Shown here: positions 36,506-50,535 of the stretch, piece after piece | How the letters are laid out: each line of letters starts with the position of its first letter | Position numbering within the stretch: position 1 is the first letter of the stretch | Origin: Lytechinus pictus | Lineage: Eukaryota | Direction: 5' to 3' | Assembly (NCBI RefSeq): GCF_037042905.1 | Contig: NC_087251.1 | Coordinates: 27,096,001 to 27,156,000 of the forward strand | Length of the DNA stretch: 60,000 bases | The notes under the pieces: model-generated | Told to the model about the DNA's origin: nothing | What the model saw: only the letters and a program-made list of their open reading frames with translations | The model's database searches: none | Made by a program: the position numbers and the translations under genes

Positions 36506-39500
36506 CAAAAAACCCAATCATTTCAGCAGGAACTGCAGAAACTATCAGAACTTGCCGTCTAAGGTAGATATGAAAACATTGGAACTTTCTCACATTATTC
36601 TCATGGGGGCGCTAAAGTAGTTTGTATATATCTCCATCTGTTTATTACAGTTGTAAGGCTTTAGGGACTAATAACACTGTAAAATAATTAAAAAAAATAA
36701 AGGGAGAGAGGGGGACTTTAATTAAAAATGTAGTTAGTAACGATTCTGATAACAAATTGTCGGCGCAGAAAGTTTCCAAAAATGATATATAGTACTTCGT
36801 TGGTGAGAATCGTCATATCTTTCTCCAGCAGACTGCGCTACAATCTATACTTCCTCGAGAATATTGGATTAATGTACAAAAATTCTTGTTCGACCATCGT
36901 GTGCATGCTACAAGTATTTGCTGTTAGCGCAGTCTTTGACGTCTGCGTTTTATTGCTATTAAAAATCGTAATTATCAAGTTACCCACTGCCGATGATGAC
37001 ATTTACATTTTTTAACCTTGGTTAAGATTAGACGTTGACGACTCCAATGTCGCCTTAGGAAAAAGCAATGCCTATATATATATATATCTCTCGCTTTGGA
37101 TGAGATATTCGTGTGGATAGCTTCTATCAACTTTATACCCATTAAAATCTGAAACCATGCAACAGAAAGTGATAAGAAATGGGTTAAAAACAGTCATTGA
37201 AAAAAACCAAATCTCATTACTTAAATGGAGGCGTCTTGTGTTTCATTGATCTGTGATCCACAACACACAAATCAAATAGGTAAAAGAAAAATGTTCCGCA
37301 CTATATACTATTTGATAATCATCCATGAGCCTCTAACGAACATTATCCATCCACTTTTAAATCAAACTAATCACAAATAAATAAACCAGTCAGAGAATCC
37401 TTGAATTAGAGGTGAAAGTGGGTAATACCATGGATATCTTTATTGAACATTTTATGCCAGGAACATGAGAATATATTGATTCTAAATGAAACAGATATAA
37501 TTTATACCTATAAAAACATGTTTTTTATGAATTATAATCAATATGATTATAATCATAGTCTAAAATATATCATGGTTATATATAAACACTACTTTGTACG
37601 AGGGGTAACAAACAAACAATATAGACAAAAGCACCTACTAATTTAATGTAAGAGTGCATAATGAATGTACTCCAAATCAAGAAAAATTTTATGGTCAGAA
37701 TAAAGTTATCAAACTACAATTTTCTTCCTCTAGACAGTGTTTCACAGGCTTTCATCAACACCAGGAGCACGTTGCAGAATGAGTTGTAATCAAACACAAC
37801 TTGATTTTCAAGTGCACATTTTGAGACTTGCGCTTGGTATTTTGACGTACTTTTAAACAGAACTCTTTCAGGAATGGGCCCAAGGACGAATCAGCCAGCA
37901 ACGCCAGCATCATATATCAAGAATTGGCAACGCAAAAATATGTTTCTTGTCTAGAGATGAATTTGTGCTACCAAGAAATGTGAATAAATGACAAGGCTTG
38001 CCATCCGAACATCGGAGTATGTTGGAAAAATAGTTCAGACATGATGCATGATCATGTTTCACAAAACTTGTTAATAATGCACCTGTTCAATTCCAATTTG
38101 ATTACATATATCTATATGTCTTTCAACCACTTGTTACTGACACCAGTTTATGAAACAGTGCCCAATATTGCTAAAAGTAGTCTGTGTTCAACAGGTGAAA
38201 AACAGAAAAGGGCTTCCACCTTAATGTACATAAGTAAAATTGTACATGTAATCTCATCAGTAGCCATGTGAGTATTTAAAGGGAAATACCACATGATCAA
38301 AGTTTTGATCTAAGCCAAGTAAAAAAAATGCCAGTAAGTAGATTTGAGGAAAATCAAATCATGTATAAAGTAAAATAATCAAAAGTATTGATTTTAAAAT
38401 GGAGCAGAAATATGAAAAGCTGTAAGGTATTTCACAGCCCCTGAAACTTACCCCTCTCCCAAAAATATCAGCAACACGTACATGGTAAAGATGACCACCA
38501 GAGTTGGGGCCGGGGGTGTTGTGCACAGATATACAAGGATAGGGGTAAAGTGTGGTAAATAAATATTTTCAATAACAGATATATGTATGTAGTTGTAATG
38601 TTTCATATTCATTGAAGAGAAGATTATAGCAATTTATTACCACAGGTTCAATATAATACAAAATATCCAACATATTCATCTATCCATATTGCAAGGTTGA
38701 ATTTCAAACAAGTTACCTTTCTCATCTAAAATCTAAAATTAAAAGGTTTTGTAACAGCTTTCCATAGAGGCAACATGCAAAGAGTGTAATGTAATAGAGG
38801 AATCATACAATATACATGTATTTAGTATCCATCAATACAAAAATACACAAACTATCCATTCATTTTTTTTTCATTATTTATCCATTCATATCTGCCTGTA
38901 AAACTTCTTGTTCTTTCCTATGTTCCTATACATGTACATCTACACACAAGTTTATATAAAAAAATACAAGGATAACGTCTGAAGGCACGTAACAGTTTTC
39001 CCCATACACAAAAGTAAACAAAAAACACATTTGAAATTCAGTAGAATAACCAATGTCTAATGATTTGCTAACTGTCCTTAGATTTAATCAATTGGAATTT
39101 TCTCCAACTACATAAAGCTAGCATAGACAACCAAGTGCATTGCGCAACATTTGCATCATTGATTGAATCATAACTTTTGGGCATACGTTAAACAAAAGGT
39201 TCAAAGGAAAATTGATTTAATTGATACTCACAATGAAAATATCATAAGAATACAAAATAATTCATAATTATGGGATGAACATCATGCGGCAGAAGTTTGC
39301 TGAACTAAATAATTAAAATATGACAGCTTATTTAATCAATTTAGAAACTTTTTTTTTAATTTAATACAATGATAGCTGAGTGGAGCACTGTGATACACAT
39401 TATGTGCAAGCATACATATACCACTGCCTGTCCACTATGGCCCATATTCCGAAGTCAAATTTAACTTGGGCTAAGTTATGGGAAGCTGAAAAAATTTCAC

Positions 39501-40890
39501 ATTTTTATTCAAATTGCATATTTTTTTTCATAGAGCTACTTTTTTTTAATATTTACCTTGTTCTTTCCCCATGTCTTAACGATGAAGTAAACTATTTTAG
39601 ATTATTCCAATACATTTGAGAAAGAATTTAGCACCAAAGTTGCTGACAAATTGAATCCCTGCTGTTAGAAATATGTGTATGTGTCAGACTTTGCTATCAA
39701 ACTTTCCACCACAGGGCCTAAATTAAACTCAAGTTCATAATATCATATGGGTCTATGAAACTGGTCAATTTCCTGATGAAGACATTATTTAGGGGGAAAT
39801 CCAAGTCATGGTCACCGTTGACATGTCAGGCAAAGTAAGCCAAATTAAGCTGCTTAGTATCTCGTGCTGCTTTGCTCCACCAAGTTTATACCACATGTAC
39901 AGACTATTATGACATACTTTAAGCAGTCGGCCTGTGAATGTGCAAATTTGCACTCAATTGCGTGGAAGGGAAAATGTATGCATCCTTCTTTCAATGCAAC
40001 ATATACATTTGCATAACATTGTTACTGAGCAAAATAATAGAATTAAACAAGAAATTACACAGGTACTCATTCCCAAAATTATATTTAAATACACCGTTTA
40101 TGTATGAACAATATAAACAAAAACATGGGATATATTGCAAAAATATATGATTAACAATTCAGCTATTTAATACACTATCATTGATATGTAATTATTTCAA
40201 ATTTGAAGAAACGGTGGAGTAAAATAATAAAATGGAAGATCAGACACAACTGAATAAAATTTGAGAGAATAAATAGCTCAAGTTTTCACACAAGTAATAA
40301 TATTGCGTAGAAATAATAAGCGAAGTCTAGGGGATGTCACCAACACTACATCAGGAAATGATTCAACTGAGATCCAAGATTCATGCAAACTAATACTGCA
40401 TATGAAATACATACTAATGATATAGTGTAACCCATTTTTGGTCCAACAAATATCAAATTAAGTAAAAAGCACAAGAACAGCAATACTGATGGCAAACAAG
40501 AAATTTTAAACATTTTTAGTGTAAAGAAATTATTTCAATGCCCATACATGTTAACTGAAAAATTTATGAGACAAGTATACACTGATTACAGAATACATAG
40601 ATGCAATGCTTCTTCTTGAAATTCTGTCCATCGTACAATGCCGTTCTCTTGATTTAATATGATATCCCAGTAATGATGCATGCATATTTCAAATTACAAA
40701 TTATCAAAATGATTATTGAAATCAACAAAAAAAGATGACAGTGCAATACTCAATGACTTCCATTTAATCTGTAGATGTTAATACATAGATTGATAAATTA
40801 AAAAATTATTTATAAAGATCACAGTGCCAACTGTACTATAGGCAACAGCAAAGCTATTTGTCATTTCATTTCTTTAAAAAAATATTCTTA

Positions 40891-41055
40891 TACCTCAGTC
40901 ACATTCGCTCTACGGCGGCCGTACGGCCAGTCGAAAACAGCCGTTTTATTAATTTTTTGTATTCCAACCGCCTATATGCAGCTATTACAAAAAATGTAAA
41001 AACGGCCGTTTTCGACTTGCCGTACCGCCGCCGTAGATCAAGTGTGACCAAGGTA
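40891..41055. mobile_element. Palindromic MITE, PIF/Harbinger-like
   Basis: TACCTCAGTCACA...TGTGACCAAGGTA with ~65-bp inverted arms; TTA on both flanks. Confidence 0.8.
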
Positions 41056-41499
41056 TTAGTGACAAGTTTAATCAGAAATTATCATTTTGATTTCTATTTA
41101 TTTTATCCAAAAAAATAAAAAATAAAGTAAAAAATAAAGCTAAATAATGATAACCATATATTGTGTATACTGTACTGCAAACAGGTAAAAACCAAGTTGT
41201 ATGATTTTCCTACTACAAAACTGGCACATGTAATCACCAAAAATATATAATTTCCAAATAAGTATGTAAAAATCAAGATGTAAAACATTAACCCATATGA
41301 GACAGGGGTCCTATTTTCCTACTACGAAAATATTTTAATAAATGAGAATTCTAATAAAATGAAATAATAATTTTGATTTATATTAAAATATTACCTTTGA
41401 AGGGGTCAATGGAAATTGTGTATACATGTATAATTCAAATCTCCAAGTTGAAGTGTACTTCAGACATATATTTACATGATACTTTATTCAAGCATTTAA

Positions 41500-42079
41500 A
41501 GGGGAATGAAACCTTTGGAACAAGTTCGCTTTAGTGAGAAAAAAAAAATAAAATAAAATAAGATCAAAGCAAGTTTGAGGAAAATCTGACAAATAATGAG
41601 AAAGTTATGAGCATTTGAATAATGCGATCACTAATGCTATGGAGATCCTTCCATTAGCAATGCAACAAATATTTGTGATGTCACATGTGAACAACTTTCC
41701 CATTGATGGACTATATCCCGAAAATGTATATTTTTGCTCTTTCTTAGGGCGATACAAACTCTTTATCCATAATGTATTCTTTGAAAATCTGTATTATATG
41801 CCCTCCTATAGAAAGCATACATGATCTACTGATAGATGTGATAAAAGAAGCAGTTTAAGTGAAATATATAGAAAAGTAATGGGAAAGGTGTTCACATGTG
41901 ACATCACACATCTTTGTCGCATTGCTAATAGGAGGATCTACATTACAATAATGATCTAAACTTCAAATGCTCATAACTTTTTTATTATTCATTCAATTTT
42001 TCTAAAACTATCATTGATCTGTTTCTTTGATTTTTCTGTTTTTGCACAAGCTATCTTGATTCAAGTGTTTCATTTTCCT
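41500..42079. mobile_element. Kolobok-like MITE (TTAA TSD, long TIRs)
   Basis: TTAA|AGGGGAATGAAAC ... GTTTCATTTTCCT|TTAA; inverted arms ~200 bp; related to 46686-47268. Confidence 0.8.
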
Positions 42080-42267
42080 TTAATGAATTTTTATTAATAC
42101 ATCCAACGCTATGTGATTTGTGCTGAATGAAAATATGTATTTGTCATCGATAACAAGTACTATTGGCAAAAAGATTAATGAGAGTAACCCTTTTTTTATT
42201 TTCAGTTTTCATCAAATATTTCAAACAATACTCTCTACATACACATATTTTTTCAGAAAAGAAGAAG

Positions 42268-42305
<38 letters not shown>

Positions 42306-43465
42306 CATATACTCTTTCTTATTCTTTATAACACTTGGTAACAATATCACCTCTGGTCCCTTTATCACCTGTTAATAACTATTGCATCATTTTCATTGAT
42401 TCATACAGTCAACTTTATATGGATAATAAACAGTTAAATATGTGAGATAATAAATGTATATATGCACAGTCATATGATTGATATTGCTGTCGAGGTAATC
42501 AAAATTACACACATGTAAGCAAACCCACATCCTGTTCATAATCCTCATCTAAAACAGATCTAGACAAATTACACGACGTTAATAAAATCCAGATAAATAA
42601 TAATATTAATAAGTTTAATATAGGGGCTGTCTATCCATGATTATTGTTTTGATTATTTGATTAAGTGATTAAAATTAATTCTTCATTTACTTTATGTATG
42701 AAAAGTGCCCAATTTCAGATCAAAGGCCCCATGATACAAACAACATCCTGTTCGAGGACTAGTCTAATGCCCATTACCGCATTAGTGTTATGACAAATGG
42801 TCTGATTGCAGGTCTAATATCCTAGTGAAGGAATAGGTTTAATGCCCAATTACATGTACATGACTAATGTCACATTTAATGAGTACAAAAAACAATGTAT
42901 AATGTGAACACAAATATTTATCTGCAGTAATACTGATTTCTTTTACCAACTTACTTTTATCAGTATGAAACCTTAATTCCATTATTTTACAAACTCGACA
43001 TCCTTGTCATAATATTTCTGTACCCAAAATGAGCTTTTGACAATTAATTCTTGCACCCTTAGGACTCTTTATGACATGTTCTAAAAAAAGGGGGGGGGGG
43101 GGCTTCTTCAATTACCATTTCTCCAGTGACCGATTAATTGTATCATTTGAGAATGAAACTTCTTCCTATAAATCTGCAATCAGACTGAAAAAATTCAATG
43201 GCCATTTTCCCCTTTTAATATCATACTGAAGAAAAAGGTTTATCAATTTATCATATTTTGAAATAGTTGGCAGATTGAGGAATCATTCATGAAAATGTCA
43301 TTATTGACTAAATTTTCAGTCCTGAAATCCATGGTTTGGATTGATTGGGAAAAAAAGTCTGTGTTCCCACGTCCGATAATGACAACTTCAACTTGCCATT
43401 GCCGACAAATTTCTTGAATTGGTACCCAGAGAGAGCACAGGATATGGGTTTATATGATACTTGGC

Positions 43466-43629
43466 TTACAAGGCAGCAAAGGCAAAATTACACCTGCAAT
43501 TCAGCATGGTCTTGGCCAATGTCCAGGTGTCTGTGAATGGGTCATACTTCTCCACCCGGTCAAGATAGGCTGCCCCAGAATGACCACCAGCTGCATAGAT
43601 ATGTCCACCCATAACAGTCACTCCAAGAC
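43466..43629 (-). CDS. KLHL28: KLHL28 last coding exon (Kelch repeat 6)
   Basis: tttcacag|GT CTT GGA...: GLGVTVMGGHIYAAGGHSGAAYLDRVEKYDPFTDTWTLAKTMLNCRCNFAFAAL*; not in the ORF track. Confidence 0.88.
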
Positions 43630-46600
43630 CTGTGAAATACGATTCAGTTGAAATAGAGATCTGAATAAAATTAAAAATCGTCGGCCTTATGCCAGAAGGG
43701 CCTTAGCCATTTTTGGGCATTCCGAGATAAAAGCCTTTAAAGTTTTTCCATTTCTGATATCGTAAACTTTGTGTCCATTTCTTAGTTTCTGAATTCAATC
43801 TTGACACATAAGTTTAATGACCATGTTTTACACAATACAATATCAAATAATTGGATGAAAGATCAAAATATTTAGCTTAATATGCAAAAAATTAGTTAAG
43901 GGCTTTTTGGCATATGTATGGTACAATTTTTTGTTAATGACATCAGATAAAAAAAATACCAAACTATCATCTTACACTCTTCAGCATAAGCCACAAGTGA
44001 AGACCAAATCAGGGCACCATCTAAGAAGGTTGTTATTGATAATTTGATTCAAAATCTTTGGTTTTTATTGACTACGAAGCCATAGCAACTTATTGTTACC
44101 ACAAAACTCTCAGTTAATGGAAAAACTTAAAGGTCAAGTCCACCCCAGAAATTTTTTTATTTTAATTAAAAGAGAAAAATCAAACAAGCATAACGCTGAA
44201 AATTTGATAAAAATCGGACGTAAAATAAGAAAGTTACGATATATAATTGAAAGTTTTGCTTATTTTTCACAAAACAGTTTTATGCACAACTCAGTGACAT
44301 GCAAATGAGAGAGTCGATGATGTCCCTCACTCACTATTTCTTTTGGTTTTTTTGGATCAAAATCGGACGTAAAATAAGAAAGTTACGATAATTGAAAGTT
44401 TTGCTTATTTTTCACAAAACAGTTATATGCACAACTCAGTGACATGCAAATGAGAGAGTCGATGATGTCCCTCACTCACTATTTCTTTCTTTTTTTTATT
44501 GTTTGAATTATACAATATTTCAATTTTTACAGATTTGACAAAAAGGACCAACTTGACTGAACTGTAAAATGTTAAAACAATGGTAATTCAACATGTTCAG
44601 GGAGGAATAAGACTTTTTTCACAGTACAACAGGGAAAACATTTGAATATTTCATAATAAAATACAAAAGAAATAGTAAGTGATGTCATCAGTCCCCTCAT
44701 TTGCATACTGCCCAGGATGTGAATATAAAGTGTTTTGTGAAATTAAGCAAAACTTTAAAATGTCATAACTTTCTTATTTTACATCCGATTTTTGATGACA
44801 TTTTCAGTGTATATTCTTGTTGGATTTTTCTCTTTTTATTCAAATCAACTTTTGTTGGGGTGGACTTGTCCTTTAATTGAGAGGAAATCAGGCACTGGAA
44901 GCTTAGAGATAAAACACTGCATTAGCTTCAGAAAAAAAAAGTATTAAAAAAAATACATCAAAATTTAAGAAATACTATTTATACAAACCTGTTCTTGGCA
45001 TGCCCATTGAAGCCACTGTTTTCCAATTATCCTGATGCGGGTCATAACGTTCTACGCTGTCTAGATACTGCTCCCCATTGTGTCCTCCAACAACATAGAT
45101 GAACCCATGAAGTACAGCTACCCCAAAGTTAATCCTTCGATCGGTGAGTGGTGCTACCTTTTCCCAGAAGTCCTTGTCTGGATCATATCTTTCCATACTA
45201 CGTGAAAATCAAAGGATAACAACCATACATCAATTTACATGCATTTTATGGATTACAATTAGGTAAAAATTGGTCTTCATAATGAAATAAAAAATACACT
45301 GTACCAAGTATCACATAGCCCTATTCATGTTCATTGTGAGAAGAAACTAAAAAAATGTGGGTTGGATGTACAAAAAGGTCAATTTATAATCAGCCTAAGA
45401 AATAGTATTTATAATCAACTTAATTCTGCCTTTCCTCCATAGCAAGTGACACTCAACCTTATTCAGTCATCTTGTATTGAACATGAAGGAATCTAAAGAG
45501 CAATACTTTGCAGAGTAAAATGCGTCAGATAAATCACCAGGTAGTCAGGTACAACATCCTACCTGTTAAGATAGTTAGGTCCATAGCCACCAATGGCATA
45601 GATCTTTCCATCAACTACAGCTGTGGTGAAGATACTCCTGCGTTCAAGCATTGGTGTGGCCATTTTCCACTGGTTGTTCTTTGGACAGTACACTTCTACA
45701 TTCTTCATGTAAGACTCTCCATTATATCCTCCGAGAGCGTAGATTTTCCCATTAAGCACTGCAACACCATGATTGCTCCGACACATGTGCATGCTGGCCG
45801 CTGTACTCCAAGTGTTAGTGTCTGGATGCCATCTTTCAACACCATTGTCATAGCAACGATAGGAGGTGCCGTTTCTGAGTTGGCATCGCACTCCTCCGAT
45901 GACGTACAGGTTCTGGTCAACAACTGCGGCAGCGCATTCCTGAAGCCTGCAGTTCAAGGAGGCTACTTCACTCCAGCTATCTGTCTCTGCTCGGTAGACT
46001 TCAACACTGGAAAAAAAAAGATAAAGTAAAAATTTTAAGTTGGAAAAAAATATATCACATATATGTATATATACCGTGAGAGTCAAAAAGAACTTGATAC
46101 CTGACAAATCACCAATTCAAGAAAAAAATATCTCACGAACGCATAATCACTATATATGACTGGAAAGAGTATCTTCTCCCAAATAATATGATACCATATT
46201 TTGATTTGCACCAAAGTAAGGCATGAATGCAATGAATGAACTCTAGATGCCAATTATGTTATAATCCTACATGAGTTAGTAAACATATTTGCAAATCCAT
46301 TTTTAATTAAATTAACTTGAGAATTGATAGTAAAAAGTGTTTATTGAACAATTATAATGTAAACTACTGAAAAAGTGTTTTGAAGTGGATTTTAATGCTG
46401 CTCTTGTAGACTTATCATGGCTTTATTTTACAGGCTCTTTGTGATCAAGGATCAAATGTACAAAATTGATTTATTTAATATATCAAATATAAACATAATA
46501 AATAGTGGATGTGTGACACACCAGGATTCTTAAGATCATAAAGGAAGATTTACTGGGGAAATGCAAAAATCGAAAGTGTCATAACTCTTATTTGATTGAA

Positions 46601-48735
46601 TTTTGGTGGTGTTGCTGTGTTTGGGGATTTATTATTGTCTACTTTTTTTAAGATTAACTTGATACTAAATTAAAATTGTCTTTAAAGGAGAATGAAACCC
46701 TTGAAACCAGCTGAATCCATATCAAAGAGAAAAATCAAAGAAACATATTGTTGAAAGTTTGAGGAAGATTGAATGAATAATAAGAAAGTTATGAGCATTC
46801 GAATATTGAGATCACTAGTGCCATGTAGATTCTCCCAACGGCAATGCGACCAAGATCTGTGATATCACACACGTACAACTCCCTCATTACTTTAGTACTT
46901 ATTTCACTTATATTCTCACTTTTATAGAGTCTATCACAAGGTGAGGTGTTCTCTTTATGAGATGACAAGTACAGAGGTTTCACAACATTATATCATTGAT
47001 GAATCGTTTGTCATATGATTAGAATGAGCAAAAAGAGATGTTTTGGGGTATATTTTCAGTGTCCAAATGGGAGAGTTGTACGTGTGTGACATCACAGATC
47101 TTGGTCGCATTGCCAATGGGAGGATCTCCATAGCATTAGTGATCTCGACATTCAAATGCTCATAACTCTTTTATTGCTAGTCCTATTTTACTCAAAGTTT
47201 TGTTGATCTTATTGTTTGATTTTTCTGCTTTCACAAAAGCTAACTTGCTCCAAGAGTTTCATTCTCCTTTAAGCAGAAGCAAACTGTCAGGCAGAACATT
47301 TTTTATCATAAGGACTTTGGAGCAATAGTTAAAGAACATTCAACAAGGTTTTATTTTTCTATGAATGGGCATGCAATATTGATGATAAACATTTTCATCA
47401 TTCTCATTTTCGTTTACCTGTCAAGAGTTGCAAACAAGCCATTCTTTCCTCCAACAGCACAAAACATCTCTAACTCTCCTCTCTTCTTTAATTTGTCTTT
47501 CATGTTTTTGGCCAGTGTAAGCCGATCCTCTGTGTTGAGATGGTATTGCAGTGCTTTGTTCACCTACAGAATAGAAATGGATCCAGATTAAAAAATATAC
47601 TCGGACCATGTACTGATTTTGATGATATGTAATTCATTGAATACCCATCAAATCCGTTACAACTACTTGAGATGTACTATATCATTCACATTTTCTTTTG
47701 AAATCAGGACACATAACGAGGGAACCCTGCTACTATCATCTTTAAAATGTCTTTCAGTGGACACAGACACAAATGAATCACTGAAGTGATTAAACAATAT
47801 TCAATAAAATGTTTGTAAACAAAGTGATGAAATATGGATTCATTAAATTATTGAAAGAAAGGACACATAACAAGAAAATATCAGGAGGTAAATTATCTTA
47901 CCTGTTCTTGGCAGAGAGCATTCTCCTTGATAAAGGGGTGGGTGCTGTATAACTTTGTTAAAGTCTTATGTGTGAGCTGAGGCAGCCGTATACACTGAAG
48001 AGCTCTTCCAAGATAGCACTGTCGTCTGTTAGGATCGTAATTCAACCAGATATCAAGAGCATCAAAGACCACTTCTTCAGACGAAATATTGAGGTCATCT
48101 CTTGACAGGATTCTAGTCAACTCTTCAAAGACAAGATGGCAAAATTCTTCGCTCTGGCTGAGTTCTTGAAAATGAGCAGCAATGAATTTATCACCATATG
48201 CCTGAAGTTCCTTACAAGCATGGACTTCGGCAAAATGAGTGATCCCAAGGCAATTTGTGGCATGGAGTTGAGATTGTAAGAACTCGCAGCATAGCTTTTT
48301 TACAGAATGCATTTGAAAAAGATTAGCTGCTGGCAAGAGAGATTGGACATTGACATGGGTAACTGCTATTTTTCCTGTGTAGGCAAAGTCTACAAGAGTG
48401 TTGATTGCTGTCTTATCGACTGATTTCAGATCAATTTCTTCTTTCTCACTTTCACACAAATTTCCAGTGAACATGGCCTTAAAATAGGGGCTACACCCAG
48501 AGAGCACTGCTCTGTGGGCTTTTACTTTATGGCCATCTACTCTAAGAACAACATCACATAAATCTCCCTGTTGCTGTAGGCTGTGCATTTCTCGCAGCAC
48601 CATTCTTGCATGACCGGACACCTCACTGCTTACCCCGCCCGAGCTCCCGGGTATTGCCACTGGGCAGCTGGCCTGAGATCCATTATTGTGATTGCGACCA
48701 TCGCGACGGTCAACACAATCTTGTTCGCGACTCAT
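43466..48735 (-). CDS. KLHL28: Kelch-like protein 28 (BTB-BACK-6xKelch), 5 coding exons: 48735-47902, 47563-47418, 46006-45563, 45197-44989, 43629-43466; 598 aa
   Basis: All introns GT-AG with compatible phases (0,2,2,1); joined CDS 1797 nt, open; motifs recognised from vertebrate KLHL28: SPYFKAMFTGNL, CAVGGKNGLFATLDSVE, YAIGGYGP, VVGGHNG, C-terminal CRCNFAFAAL; start codon inferred. Confidence 0.9.
44131..44872. mobile_element. Kolobok-like MITE in a KLHL28 intron with an internal ~145-bp tandem duplication
   Basis: TTAA|AGGTCAAGTCCACCCCA ... TGGGGTGGACTTGTCCT|TTAA; 44210-44350 repeated at 44358-44490; a right-end fragment of the family lies at ~27800-28017. Confidence 0.8.
44989..45197 (-). 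CDS. KLHL28: KLHL28 coding exon 4
   Basis: SMERYDPDKDFWEKVAP...GMPRT; acceptor cgtag, donor gtttgt. Confidence 0.9.
45563..46006 (-). CDS. KLHL28: KLHL28 coding exon 3
   Basis: SVEVYRAETDSW...YAIGGYGPNYLN; acceptor ttccag, donor gtagga. Confidence 0.9.
46686..47268. mobile_element. Kolobok-like MITE in a KLHL28 intron
   Basis: TTAA|AGGAGAATGAAACCCTTG ... CAAGAGTTTCATTCTCCT|TTAA; ~200-bp inverted arms. Confidence 0.82.
47418..47563 (-). CDS. KLHL28: KLHL28 coding exon 2
   Basis: VNKALQYHLNTEDRLTLAKNMKDKLKKRGELEMFCAVGGKNGLFATLD; acceptor ctgtag, donor gtaaac. Confidence 0.88.
47902..48735 (-). CDS. KLHL28: KLHL28 coding exon 1 (BTB + BACK domains)
   Basis: LCDVVLRV..AHRAVLSGCSPYFKAMF..; acceptor at 48760-48761 upstream of ATG 48735; donor gtaaga. 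Confidence 0.9.
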
Positions 48736-50309
48736 TCCGATTTCGACCAAGATATCTCCCTGAAATAACACACAAAATATCCCAGATATCACGTATTCAT
48801 ATCAAGTAGTAAGTACAAAATCCTGCAACACTAGCACACTTATCTCGCCTGGCTGTATCAACCATTACGGCACATTACATGGGTTAAACAGCTTCTCACA
48901 AAATCCACTCCTCGGTGACCTCCATCTTAGGATCTGTTGATATTTAATTAACTATGAAGTGCAAAATGTGTCCCCAAGACAAACAAACTAACCCTTCTCA
49001 GCTCCGCATCCCGGGGTTCCGCATCACCAATGCAGTGACACGCATGGGCGCCACATCAGTGTATGCCACGCCCCCCCCCAAAAAAAAAGGAATTTTAAGG
49101 GTGGGAGCACCATAGGCCATGTCCGCCCCAATTCATTGTTAAACAATGAATTGATAAACTAGATTAATAACTATGAATTAGAAAATGAGTGTAGTGGATA
49201 AAACAATGAATGAATGAAAAAATAATAATAATCAATTCGTTGCTAAAAAGTGAATAGAAATTGAATGAATTTTTAAGTAAATCAATGAAAAAAAATAGAA
49301 AAGTAAACCGTAATCCGGTCCGTGCCTCTCCCCACCCTTTGAGAGACATAATGTATATATCAATTTTTATCCAAGTTTGCCCCTCTTTTGAAAGTGAGGA
49401 CCTTTTTTTTTTGCTTGTAAATTTTCCACGGACGACATGTCCTTCAAGTTTATAGGTGAAACCTTCTCTTTTTTGGTCAAATTTTCATCCGAAAATGTGC
49501 CCCCCCCCCCTTTAGAAAATCCGGGATCCGCCCCTGTTTGAAACGACTATATTATTTCAATTTACAGTGAAGATCAGGGCAAAGAGTATGTAACACTCGG
49601 TCTCGCGTTCACGGACCCGATCCCCGAAAAGGGTATCAGATTTAATGAAATAACTCTCTGGATTTTCTAAAAAGTTATCTCTCAATTGTATACCACTTGA
49701 CTGAGATCTATACACTACGTGGCGTACCGATGGGGGCTTGCATATGGGGGCATGCCTCCCCCCCCAAAAAAAAGGTTCCACGACTAAGAAAAAAAAAGAG
49801 GACAGGAAAGGAGAAGGGTAAGGTATGATTTTATAATCTGAATATTATGTTTTCAAAAAAAATCGATCACAAAATTAGATTTTCATGCAAGTTTAAAGTG
49901 ACCTTAAAAGTTTCGCTCGCTTCGCTCGCTCGGCCGTCTTTAAAAAAATCGTTGTCATACACCCCATGTTGTGGACCTCATTTTTGGCTCATATGCAAGT
50001 GAATGAGTATACGGATTGGTACAATAGCAAAACAAATTTATGTAAGATTATACAACATCGAGTTAGTTATATAAACTATACAGCTGTATAACTACTTTGA
50101 GAACGTTTTATGTTCGACTACCAATCAAAGAGGTGGAACATGACGAAAGAACTTGAAAAAAAAAACAGGAGTATGTTCAAAATGGTTTTGAAAGAAAAAT
50201 TTGGATGATATTTGACATAGTATCATAAGAATTACTTTTTAAAAGAAATAATTCAAAAGAATTTTACCGTAACTGCACCTTAAAGTGCATCAGGTTGATG
50301 CAGGCACTG

Positions 50310-50535
50310 ATGGCGGATCGGGGGGGGGGGGGCCACAGCCGGCTCGTGCCCCCCTTTTTGAGAAGCAAAATTAAAATTTGCAATGTAAAAATACCATTAC
50401 AACAGAAGTGTGACCCCCCCCCCCCTTGAAAGTAAAGACCTTTTTCTTTTCTTTTTTGCTGTCAATTTTTTTTTCGGGGACGAAATATCATAAATTTTTG
50501 GTTAAAAACCCTAAAAAATCCTGGATCCGCCCCTG
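50310..50535. mobile_element. Short hAT-like MITE (GGCGGATCC family); related pieces near 49300-49535 and 50930-51042
   Basis: GGCGGATCGGGG ... CCTGGATCCGCCCCTG termini; similar internal TTGAAAGT(G/A)A(A/G)GACCTTTTT segment in the 49300-49535 copy. Confidence 0.55.

Noticed and set aside
45508..46029. 173-aa plus-strand ORF and other antisense ORFs over KLHL28 and GPCR exons
   Set aside because: Shadow frames of real coding exons with no recognisable domain
48993..49070. Possible non-coding first exon of KLHL28 (donor-like AGG|GTTAGT on the minus strand)
   Set aside because: Plausible given the acceptor at 48760, but cannot be supported without transcript data
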